A DNA stretch of 64,000 bases from IMG/VR virus record IMGVR_UViG_3300025141_013434, positions 81,244-145,243 of that record; one strand, given 5' to 3'. Below are positions 20,801 to 28,703 of this stretch, piece by piece. Under the pieces are notes generated by a model. The model was not told the origin of the DNA. It was given only the letters and a program-made list of their open reading frames with translations, and searched no databases. The stretch comes from a virus. A program made the position numbers and the translations under genes. Position 1 is the stretch's first letter, and every line of letters begins with the position of its first letter.

Positions 20801-23800
20801 ACCCACCATCACTGGCACTAACAAACTCAGGAGAGCTTGCAGTTACGCTTGTAAGGGAGTAAGATGTTGGATCATCCTGCCCAGAAGGATGCGTAAAAGC
20901 ACTCTCTAAACGGTTGTAGGAGGCCGTAGTTTCCGTCGTAGCGGCCTTTATCCAAGCATACTGTAGGTCACTCTGGGGTATTTGATGTTGAACAAAATAG
21001 TTGTCATGTTTTGGCCTCACGCCCGGTTCGGTTGTCGTGTCCGTTCCCACATACTTCGTATTTCTATGAATTTTGTGAGGGTTGGCAAATTTCTCAAAAA
21101 ATGCATGCGAAAATACTGGAGAGCTTCCTGTTGTATGCGACCCGCTGATGGTGAAACTTGTTGGGTCTTGAAGCGGCGTTATATATACAAACTGCTCTTT
21201 GACTGAGCAAGATATTGGCAAGAAGTCTTCTTCTGCTGCCTTTCTCAGAGAGGTATACAGCGAATAAGCCAGTGCCTTAGCTGTAGAGATACCATTTACG
21301 CCGATGACAGTAGGAGAGGAAGCGGTCGCTGGAGTTGCTGTTTTAACTTTCGCATTATACTTTTTACCATTTTCAAATTCAAACGAAACAGACGGAATAT
21401 GCAAACTGTCCTTTAGTCCCGTAACGCTACAAGTTATTGCTGCAGGGCCGTAAGTATATCCGTGCCTTCTTGTGGTATTCATATAATGGCCATCAAGAGG
21501 GTATCTTACCGCTAGATTTCTATAGTTCAAGCAATTATAAACCGAATATTGGTTCGTTGGGCGATCAAGAAATGCACCGCCAAAGGCATCGCCGGCAGTC
21601 TCTGGGCCGCCGGGGGCTGAAAATCTATTAACAAAATAAGTTTTTCTTATCGGCCTTGATACAATTTTTGTCGAGTCTTTAACTGTGGCGATACTATCGC
21701 CGGAGCCAGAACCGAAGAGGTCTGTTTTGTTTCCACCTCTCCAGGCCGTTTCTCTAACTAAGAAAACCTTGTTTACTTCCGGGGAGGTACCTTGAACAAT
21801 TTGATAATCATGCTGATAATTACCCGCCTTGATACTTCCGCTCTTTGCATACTGTCTTATATTGCGAATATTAACTGGTCGTTTGGCCAAAGGCTCCCTC
21901 AAAACATGAGCGCGGCCGGCGTAACTACTGGTGGAAGAAATCTTGAAAAGAGACGGTGATTGTCCATGGAAGTTCGGGCCGTACATATCTGGATTTATAA
22001 CATAAAGGTTCCCTTGAGACATGGTAATGAAGAACCCTTCTATTCTCGTTGTCCTATCATCAAGACCTCTTAACGTCACTCCCTCTGCACCATCACTATC
22101 AGATGAATGGCTTGCAGTGTGATTTAAATCAACATGCCTGTGAAAATGGCCACCAACATGTCTTTCTGTGAACGGGCCCTGCATAGGGATTTCCCGATCA
22201 TCACCATATGCGTCCGAATGAAGATTCGTGATTTCCACACCTTGTTTGAAATTTCTATAAACCTGCGCTTTGTAATCTTTTGGATCGTCGATAGAACTAC
22301 TAAAAAGACTAAAAGGCACCACTGTATCCAAATCATAATCATTCTTTGTATAGCTGACGTCGACCTTTCCTTTAAACCTCTTCTTTTCGTAAACTATCGC
22401 TCCGCCGGCAGATGGACCTGAGTGCCACCGGCCATTGTCAAAATATTCGGTGACGCGATGGCGGCCGCCGTATCTAGGCTTATTTATATCTGAACAGTCT
22501 CTTCCTACGTCAATATCAGAGCCGCTGATTCTTATATACTGCCTACTTTCTGGATGTGTTGTGCCGAGAAAGAAATCCTTTTTCTTATTATAATGAAAAT
22601 TATCGCCGCCGTGGATTGCTGGCATCACAGAAACTGAAAGTCTATATGGTCTCGAAAGTTTGTTGATAACATACGTCGAACCTGAAACTTGCTTATTGGC
22701 AACTTTTCTTATGTTTTCTCTGTCTGAATTAAATCTACGAAGAGGAGGATCCGCAGACGCCGGGTCCACAGACGCCGAAAGTGGGAATTCCTTTGTTCTT
22801 GACGCCCTATCTCTCCACCAAAGGCAGTTTTCGTCTTCGGCCCGGGCGTTCTTTCCACCAGTGAACGCAGATGGTACATCCGGGTTGGAATTAGCTAGCC
22901 AATTTGCCTGATCGCTGAGCGCAATAGATGTATTGCCGCGCTCACCACCAATATCTTGAGTTAAAAGTACTACTCCACTACTCGGATTAGTTGCTGTAAT
23001 TTTTAAAGCTGACGCATTAACCGAGGAGACCATTATACTAGCCATACCCGCTGCATTATTAGTAGGCGGGTCCATAGCTATAGCTCCAGCAACTGAAGCA
23101 CCATCACCAGTACCAGAAGCATTATCAACTTCAAAAGTAGCTGATGTTCCTACAGCGTCAGTAAGTGTTATCGTAGTTTCTTCATTTGCTTTATCGGTAA
23201 AAGTCCATGTTGCAGTGGCTGCAACTGGGACCGACAATTCAGGCAACGGGGCATGCCCATGTTCCCAGTCATACAACAGTTCATTTATGCCCAAAATGTG
23301 ACCAACAGGTTCTTTACTCTTCATATCAAGAGTTGGGAACTTTGTCCAATATTTGCTCCTCTCAAGTAGGTGGCTCTCGACCATGGTCCGGATATCTTCC
23401 GAGAATCTAGCTGTGGCTGGCTTGAACTGATCTAGCATGACTGAAAGAGATGCATCTATCCACTTATAAAACTCCACATATTTCTCTAAGTCCATATCGT
23501 TGGCGATCTTTCTAAAGAAAATCTGTCTGAGTTTCTCCATCGCCTTGTATTGCGGGCGATACCTGTTAACTGGGTCTCCTATTATATCTCCGAAGTCAGA
23601 TATCGAAGCAAAGAAGTCCAACATCTCTTGCGAGATAGTGTGGTACATACTCTTTTCCATAGAAAAGAAGTGAGATACCGGGGTGGATTCTCTGGTGAAT
23701 GTTTGATCATCTCTTGTTAGCGGCTTCACCATGTTTGAAGAATTAATCTGTTCTGGGTGTCTCTTTCTTGCAGAATATAAATACTCCACATCAACACTGG

Positions 23801-26729
23801 CTGTGGTGCTAGCTTCAAAGAATCTTCCTTGTCCAGGATGATAATTTCCTACTATCTTTCCAGCCCAACCATAGTTGTTCTTGAGGTACACCGAACCAGA
23901 AGAAAAATCGGAAACTACAAATATGCCGTACTTATCGGATCCCGTAACTTGTGCAAAATCCCAATTCAAAGCCAATGTATCAATTTTTGGAACCCTAGAG
24001 TTGTCACCTTTTATGAAAGTAAAGCTGTCTTTATGTGGACCAGGAACACCATAAGACATTGGGTCAATTGCGTGTGCCTCAATTGTGTCATTATCCAAGT
24101 AAGATATCCAGTGCCTTAGGGACGAAAATTTGACATCAGTAGATGTTTGCACAGATCCTGTAAAGTTTTGCCTGTGCGCGCCGATATAAAACCTCTTTGA
24201 AAATTCGTGAAACCTTTTACCTTGGGCCTGAGTCAAAGAAGATGATATGAAGAATTTTTCTTTTATTTCACCTGCGTCAGTTTGGACTCCGAAGAATTCC
24301 ACATTATATCCCCTGGCCATAGAACCAGATACCATGTCTCCAAACAAGTGGGCCTTGGGAGCAACTCTTACTGCGAAGTTCCATTTACTGTTATCGTAAA
24401 CATCGTAATAATAATCTGTCTCTATGCCTGGGATAATCCCAGAAGTCGACCTCAGGATAAATTTTGCGTCCTTTGAATTTTTCTTGAACTTTTTAGCATA
24501 AACCTCGAAGTTTGCGAAATCTTTAGCAGAAGTTCTCCAAGTGAAAACGTCAGCTGTTGTGCTTGTGAAAGTCTGCGGCACTGTATGGCAACCAAAAAGT
24601 GAACTTGACAAGGGCGTAGAGAAATGGAAAGCAGAATTTATGTCAAAATGTTTTGGAAAAATTACTTCTGCTTCTGTCGTAAAAGCCATGCCAGATGCGG
24701 GAAACGTAGATGCAGTTATATAGCCAGAAAGAGCCCATGGGGCCGCCTTATGGCCGCCATATCCAAGATATGCATGCGGTGAAGACCCCGGATCAAAACT
24801 AGAACTAGCCTGATAAACAGTTGCTTTTTGATTTGATTCTTTATTGAAATTTATAGTTGGCTTCTTTATAGCACCTATTCTATAGTTTTCTTTGATAGGA
24901 TAAGTTACCCCATCTGCGTAAACGTTGATGTTTATTAATTCTTCGTCTATACCATAACAACGAAGAACATTTCTAAAAGCCCTTTCCGTGCCTTTCGATT
25001 TACATATTTCAACTAAATTATTATAAATATTTCTGTATATTAAATTCTTAACATCATGAAGATTTTGTTCAAAAGTCCTGTCCTCTGTTCTCTTTCCTAT
25101 CGTTTCAAGAACTTCGGCATCAACAAAGATCTCTGGTGCGTCGACGCCCAAAGAGCCAAGCATACGATCCATAAAGGGCAAAGGCTTGTGTTTGTAATCT
25201 GAATATTTTCTGTGTTTAAGTTCATTAAGGGCCTCTATCTTTAAAAATAAACTATCAAAATAGCTGGCAATAATATGAACCATCTTCTTAAGATCACCAT
25301 TGTCATCTTCTAATATCCACAAGGGAAACGAATGATACAAGCATGCTGAGTTGACCAAGTCATGGGACTTTCCTTGGGACTCTTTTTCGTCTTTTAGGGA
25401 AATAATATCCGGATGTTCAGAATGAACTATGGGGTCCTCGAATTCACTCAAAGATGCAGATGACTCAATTATTGCAGATCTAGTGGAGCGACCTGCTGAA
25501 GAATACCCTGTCCAGGCACCATTAGAAACCCTTCCCGAATAATCTAAAACTATTTTATCAATTGTACTATCTTGAACTATACCTTCGTTGAACTTATAAT
25601 ATATTCCGAGATCAGTATTCCCCTCTTCGTTGTTTGCACCTCCTCCAACTTGAGTAAACCAGTGTCTCCCGATGTCTTTAGACGACCTCTTGGTTTTCCA
25701 AAACCGAAATTCATCCAAAGAGCCAGATAACTTTCCGAGACCTAAAGCGGGTGTTCTTACCGCGGTCGAATCTTCGATATCTGATCCGGTACCGTCTTTG
25801 ACGGCCACCAGAGACCCAATGGTCCCAATAAGGGCAGTGTTTATACTACCTATTGAGGACCCGGCCAGAACAGATCTGTGTAAATTGCCATCAATGTAAA
25901 GTCTGGCGTTTATTTTACTACCCGTATTTTGCATGGCGATTGCGTAATGATGCCATGTATTATCTGAACCACTGGCATTGACGGGAGATGCTCCGCCACC
26001 TGGAGTGCCTTCGATTCCCAGAATTAAATTTTTAAATCCGGATGAGCCCGATCGATATGTTATTTGGAATGGAGACTTCGTATTATCTGTTCTTCCGTCC
26101 AGTTCCACAGTCAAGCGCCCGTAGCCGTGATCACCTGGGAAGGAGCCGGTGGTCCAAACGTCAAAAATTACTTCTTTTGTTGTCAGACCGTTGTAACCAC
26201 CCTTCTTGAGCCAGAACTCAACGGTATTTCCGCGGTTGCCGTCTATTTCCAGGTTAGAAGTTCTGTTGCTAGCCGTGTGCCACACATTATCTAAGTGCGG
26301 GCCGCCTTTTATGTAAATGTACTCTTTTGTGGCTGGGTTACCGTAACTTCCAGACTGGGATACCTTTGAACCCCAACCAGAAGGAGAAAACCTTACATAA
26401 CCCGTTGTTCTGGGATATTCGTTTCTGAAAATATGTAAATCTAGGCCGTTTGATTCGTTTAGCCACTTCTCTTTTTCGTAAAGAGATCCATCATATGGAT
26501 ATGTTTGGTGAGTTCTCTTAATGGCTACATCATAATACTCTTCTGCCATGCCGAACTTCGCAAAGTTTGAGGCAGTGTAGTAATCAATCGGAGGCTCCAT
26601 CCGATTCCTATTTTCAATGTAGGCGTCTACAAATCTATCCGACTCTACATCTTCTAAGGCCTGATTTGCGCTGGCTTTAGGGAGAACAGTGTTGGATTTT
26701 ACACCTTTAAAAAGCTTCTTAAGACTCAT
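14856..26729 (-). CDS. Giant (3957 aa) baseplate protein: P2 gpI/T4 gp7-like segment plus LamG/ConA-like domains
   Basis: LamG signatures TVEFWLK...WHHYAI...LYIDG...LDEFRFW...YYKFNEG (about 25581-26230) and SISMWY...WYHLCVT...FYIDG...IGEVSIWN...GWYRM (about 17622-18269). YFD...LGSLG...NNLVEICKSKGT...VLRCYG (about 24950-25340) resembles gpI/gp7 wedge proteins. Confidence 0.7.
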   Translation of the reverse strand: MSLKKLFKGVKSNTVLPKASANQALEDVESDRFVDAYIENRNRMEPPIDYYTASNFAKFGMAEEYYDVAIKRTHQTYPYDGSLYEKEKWLNESNGLDLHIFRNEYPRTTGYVRFSPSGWGSKVSQSGSYGNPATKEYIYIKGGPHLDNVWHTASNRTSNLEIDGNRGNTVEFWLKKGGYNGLTTKEVIFDVWTTGSFPGDHGYGRLTVELDGRTDNTKSPFQITYRSGSSGFKNLILGIEGTPGGGASPVNASGSDNTWHHYAIAMQNTGSKINARLYIDGNLHRSVLAGSSIGSINTALIGTIGSLVAVKDGTGSDIEDSTAVRTPALGLGKLSGSLDEFRFWKTKRSSKDIGRHWFTQVGGGANNEEGNTDLGIYYKFNEGIVQDSTIDKIVLDYSGRVSNGAWTGYSSAGRSTRSAIIESSASLSEFEDPIVHSEHPDIISLKDEKESQGKSHDLVNSACLYHSFPLWILEDDNGDLKKMVHIIASYFDSLFLKIEALNELKHRKYSDYKHKPLPFMDRMLGSLGVDAPEIFVDAEVLETIGKRTEDRTFEQNLHDVKNLIYRNIYNNLVEICKSKGTERAFRNVLRCYGIDEELININVYADGVTYPIKENYRIGAIKKPTINFNKESNQKATVYQASSSFDPGSSPHAYLGYGGHKAAPWALSGYITASTFPASGMAFTTEAEVIFPKHFDINSAFHFSTPLSSSLFGCHTVPQTFTSTTADVFTWRTSAKDFANFEVYAKKFKKNSKDAKFILRSTSGIIPGIETDYYYDVYDNSKWNFAVRVAPKAHLFGDMVSGSMARGYNVEFFGVQTDAGEIKEKFFISSSLTQAQGKRFHEFSKRFYIGAHRQNFTGSVQTSTDVKFSSLRHWISYLDNDTIEAHAIDPMSYGVPGPHKDSFTFIKGDNSRVPKIDTLALNWDFAQVTGSDKYGIFVVSDFSSGSVYLKNNYGWAGKIVGNYHPGQGRFFEASTTASVDVEYLYSARKRHPEQINSSNMVKPLTRDDQTFTRESTPVSHFFSMEKSMYHTISQEMLDFFASISDFGDIIGDPVNRYRPQYKAMEKLRQIFFRKIANDMDLEKYVEFYKWIDASLSVMLDQFKPATARFSEDIRTMVESHLLERSKYWTKFPTLDMKSKEPVGHILGINELLYDWEHGHAPLPELSVPVAATATWTFTDKANEETTITLTDAVGTSATFEVDNASGTGDGASVAGAIAMDPPTNNAAGMASIMVSSVNASALKITATNPSSGVVLLTQDIGGERGNTSIALSDQANWLANSNPDVPSAFTGGKNARAEDENCLWWRDRASRTKEFPLSASVDPASADPPLRRFNSDRENIRKVANKQVSGSTYVINKLSRPYRLSVSVMPAIHGGDNFHYNKKKDFFLGTTHPESRQYIRISGSDIDVGRDCSDINKPRYGGRHRVTEYFDNGRWHSGPSAGGAIVYEKKRFKGKVDVSYTKNDYDLDTVVPFSLFSSSIDDPKDYKAQVYRNFKQGVEITNLHSDAYGDDREIPMQGPFTERHVGGHFHRHVDLNHTASHSSDSDGAEGVTLRGLDDRTTRIEGFFITMSQGNLYVINPDMYGPNFHGQSPSLFKISSTSSYAGRAHVLREPLAKRPVNIRNIRQYAKSGSIKAGNYQHDYQIVQGTSPEVNKVFLVRETAWRGGNKTDLFGSGSGDSIATVKDSTKIVSRPIRKTYFVNRFSAPGGPETAGDAFGGAFLDRPTNQYSVYNCLNYRNLAVRYPLDGHYMNTTRRHGYTYGPAAITCSVTGLKDSLHIPSVSFEFENGKKYNAKVKTATPATASSPTVIGVNGISTAKALAYSLYTSLRKAAEEDFLPISCSVKEQFVYITPLQDPTSFTISGSHTTGSSPVFSHAFFEKFANPHKIHRNTKYVGTDTTTEPGVRPKHDNYFVQHQIPQSDLQYAWIKAATTETTASYNRLESAFTHPSGQDDPTSYSLTSVTASSPEFVSASDGGFLDAGDYSSVHGYRAYAETKANASFLPVDFVGMNQVIVEPVHLDSNKIGSDNIEWNSNGYVVGSDTDSDGNTIRQRRLLAEPNGHLTGEEGDARIFYGYLGYHDHLYQTDVLFLNSLIHNRQGPYGWPSWKQLRVAQHPIARKLRENNIYAPSVEQIDPNSPAKALSYESNRGGNYSWPDSIDHRSATTTRGSSASRYRLTESVVSSKFGPITQLSVLETQVLPPIEERGTPREEFFASNPSVTSEARIEDLLDTNGAASRGLGRRDIKELRFTYGNALASFSNKQMRLLFGINEGRMRERLNIPITRNSVLNTYFETVYPRDENSYLKKARSRSQFRVDWWKQNRADRLVSQPSGSTSRGEGITGSVWPLDAQVNFGTANEISLGTDDPNTFGEGQLVSNISIFRSGSRGGGYPITRIPSASAVYSRKFPETTYQVILNCASHVSNKNLLYGSSDSPGYNTGDYLLMYPPAGDALPLFLFFSSNATTGNTLKANVSDPKHLVWVVPLSGTVTNASQLSKAIVDNFAEAPSGWKDLVTVHRDSSNNKVLIKFKGVWENSYLSGHYLGEDWAGDYLGNQFDDADARLTKLLRPTSKVSRHLAGGAKWQVGEMSGRNPFPYEDYEDWQQVIRRKAKDFSILPEYRISEHMPFYVDSSKVEDPFFTCHPDGIFELTGAADDFTDSSKTDFFKVYGHSDFLRHFDEVTADQATVNKHPGMLTLRCKAMKKFLPYEGFYPVQRTLQLATLMSESYARKSIMPETQEAVDVTGIRPMLSAFYAPGICYNSIKSGLAVDYPIFEPARDRPFNKFVTAFADADDNYVNIGMSSEWANLMTGSFAKQTGSAGGLSISMWYCDLTGDPDADADNKTSGSLLVFKDDGSNSQTEGIQFTKHGGRIMLSMFNDSSNYKKWWTKPYKSITTTMKWYHLCVTKKFDGSAPSFYIDGTAVTTQGGTTAAGIIGSASNLVELDLAMDSTGSEGGVGYRGNCTIGNHRYAHTQTNHSLNSMKCGIGEVSIWNTDLSVESVAGLAGGGVLHRGPFRPDLCVEDSDAGNLIGWYRMGNDAGYIYTGTGSVHMTNNSPLINHAMPMYEDVGHAYASAGGHPEAKFTSVTKGDFGNFSDLWSAASDKAASGYGITLLGDGLLNGVAGRLTGSYNYPSWITGSAYNETADGGIPRIGSASWGISGPRRIPGGSGGFHKGHGAQNYWTKWHKDNGIGGVQKVHRVPFEALIDPIKALKPNKIDTVGMTPNQARIRERFAFYDNEVHPSSSFSPAGFLRSKIRPDADKDGKYDVGGSDYDIFWGTPCTSSVLSCSLDLSVARSLPYTTYSKAANNFYSECVNFFLDGRETTVIASSDHLREIVDHGKVYKMRLRLTRPSKLDFPIYNRPSSFGPPVDASPPDNVSTSGLFMGHGFAPYTPPHYDSYAEVEYTFNPGQSTGSTATDRTSFDTIESVLASITADNRYQERGPSIKYGRFIRATGSYNKSWGSGMTDSTLAQTATAGVDGVISTATGSLHKTHAMQLSASFYGLDFSEDSAIPIYEDREEENNDPRNPVRRDIIRKSWAVQSKWEVPNLDFSKVTPTAPRPHHIGTAKGMWHQTGTYDTPVARIEIRPPEDPQYGNLASLLGMHFQKKGLKVGEDSGTGRLITRPIGQLPEQRKIKEAVVAIPFTEGEGKARSFFNLPRPEVYQSVVNLGHAQYKRQFLEESKQAYVNTIMQNGSSDNEDMNRIVREFRDSNGFTDGNRGAWDATVDRLIRVANEQGMPVRSNIQKMVKSMMNYVLPPKFNFLKYNNTNKNYVRPFLMYVFEFEHTLSKKDVAYIWQNTAPDLALNMFYNNDRDTLVTQASVTHDLSMTGDDMYGGTFGENVKWLVFKVKQRAENNYFKKMKRDRLPANHPHRALNVEDDIFEYGYNWPYDYFSMIELVRLDTEVVYNTPELSAQGTTDLLQGVNRKYSGLPGGDFQDPFDAINYGFPTGESDPDSEE

Positions 26730-28703
26730 TTACTTTTCTACTCTAAATTTAAATACCTGCTCTTGTACAATATTTTGACCGCCATGGTCATAAGCCAGTT
26801 GTATGGCATAAGAATAATCCGACTCGAACATGGACATGTCTAAATCAAAATAGTTGCCCTTCTCGTCATAAGACATTCTCGTATATTTGCCCTGCTGGCC
26901 TGAACCCGTACCAAATGGTATTACATCAAACTCGTCAATAATTCTATACACTCTATAATATGCATTTTCTATATATTCTGCTTCTGCAGTGTTCTTGGCA
27001 ACATTGTAAATATTTGGCTGCCAATCTTTTTGCCTAACATGTACTCTAAATCTTGGCTTATCTCCTTGGGAATATGCGCTTTTCAAGTTTGTTATCTTGG
27101 TAACGTAGCGATTACCCGGATTATAATGCAAAGAGCCAAACTTCTTGACATCGAATACAGAACCAGTTACTAGCTGAATTCCTTGTATTACTTTGGTAGG
27201 CTTGCTCCAAATATCAAAAATCTCTTTTTCAGAGCCAGTAAATGCAAAAGATGCGGAATATATTCCGGTCGAAACCCAACCCCCACTTATCACAGTAGCT
27301 CCGTGGACGGTGACGCCGCCGCCGATGGGCAAACTTTTCGCCTTTATAATTTTATTCTTTATATTGCCAGAAGGAAAAACCTGCACATGTATGCTTGTAT
27401 GTGCATCGTTACTTCCGGAATTGCCGCCCAAGACTGGTATATTCTTTAGTTTGCCTCTTACATAATTGTACAGATACAGAGTGTTTAAATTGTCTTCTCC
27501 AGATGCCAAAGAACTGCTCATAAAGAAATTTCCGCGGTCGTCTCTTTTTGAGCTGTCCCAACGAGCTTCGATCAGAGGCCTCTTATAAAAGAATTCACTA
27601 GTACGAGAAAAGAACTTTTTAGTATAATAAGATCTGCCTCTGGTCCCGTCTTCGTAGGAGGATTCCGCCGTAGATGAACCCGATAACCTTATCATCACGC
27701 CGTGATTTTCTCTATCGGGGTCTGTAGCACTTTCTGCTTTTATCCATTCTTCCACTAGTGAAGTTATGTTGACCTCCAAATTCTCGGGACCTTTTGTAAA
27801 AGACTGCACATAATGTGGAAGGTTTCGACCAGCAGTATAACCTATTTCATGAAAATCTCCGCCAGGATTCGTCCACACGGTCATGCCACCAGTTTGTTTC
27901 GTTTCTATAGAAAGATGAGCGGTACTCACCGACCCCTGATATGACCCGGAAATACCACCCTCAGATGTAACTGTTATTCTTACTGTTGCTTGGGTTGCTT
28001 CTGCTGTGTCGCCGGCGGTCCAAGAGGCAGAGAGGCCCGTTACAGTTGTACCATCTTGAGAGCCCGTGTTTACCGCTCTGGCGAGTTGTTTTGCAAACTC
28101 TTTGGCAGTGTCAATCGCCGCACCAGTAAGAGGTACTGTAACCTCGGTTCCCTCTGGGTTGGGCCCACCATCGCTGGATTCTACCATGAACCAGAAATTG
28201 TATTTTGTACCTTCTTGATTATGTATCGAAAAATATTTATTTTGATAATTGGTCTTTGTGTTTGTGAGGAATTTAACATCGGTTATGTGCTTCTGTTTTG
28301 TAGTGTTAGCAACGTCCCAGTTCGCAACGCCCTCGTCGCTATATTGTTCCATATCCAGGCCAGTGCCCTCCGTGAAAGATCTAGAGAGGGGCAAGATTTG
28401 TAATTTATAATCTTTAGGGAGAGTTTGTCCATGAGGACAATTAAAAAGCCTCAAATAAAAATTCACACTTCCAGAGTGCGGAATAGTTCCTGCGTTCCTG
28501 TCCGATAAGATTGTAGATACCGGAAACTTCAAAAGGGCGCGAGACTTCTCCACAGAAGAGGTATTTGCTTGACCATATATTGAAAACACCTCTAATACAT
28601 CAGATGCGCCCATATTGGAGCCAGTTGCAGAAGAAGAAAGATTCGTCTTGTAAGCATTGCTTATGGTTGTATCCGACGTTGCTGTATATCTCTTTATTGT
28701 CAT
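26730..28703 (-). CDS. Structural protein with DNRLRE-like beta-sandwich domain
   Basis: SRALLKF, FYLRLF, VNITSLVEEWI, NHGVMIRL, FFSRT...RPLIE pattern; located directly after the gp6-like gene. Confidence 0.55.
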   Translation of the reverse strand: MTIKRYTATSDTTISNAYKTNLSSSATGSNMGASDVLEVFSIYGQANTSSVEKSRALLKFPVSTILSDRNAGTIPHSGSVNFYLRLFNCPHGQTLPKDYKLQILPLSRSFTEGTGLDMEQYSDEGVANWDVANTTKQKHITDVKFLTNTKTNYQNKYFSIHNQEGTKYNFWFMVESSDGGPNPEGTEVTVPLTGAAIDTAKEFAKQLARAVNTGSQDGTTVTGLSASWTAGDTAEATQATVRITVTSEGGISGSYQGSVSTAHLSIETKQTGGMTVWTNPGGDFHEIGYTAGRNLPHYVQSFTKGPENLEVNITSLVEEWIKAESATDPDRENHGVMIRLSGSSTAESSYEDGTRGRSYYTKKFFSRTSEFFYKRPLIEARWDSSKRDDRGNFFMSSSLASGEDNLNTLYLYNYVRGKLKNIPVLGGNSGSNDAHTSIHVQVFPSGNIKNKIIKAKSLPIGGGVTVHGATVISGGWVSTGIYSASFAFTGSEKEIFDIWSKPTKVIQGIQLVTGSVFDVKKFGSLHYNPGNRYVTKITNLKSAYSQGDKPRFRVHVRQKDWQPNIYNVAKNTAEAEYIENAYYRVYRIIDEFDVIPFGTGSGQQGKYTRMSYDEKGNYFDLDMSMFESDYSYAIQLAYDHGGQNIVQEQVFKFRVEK

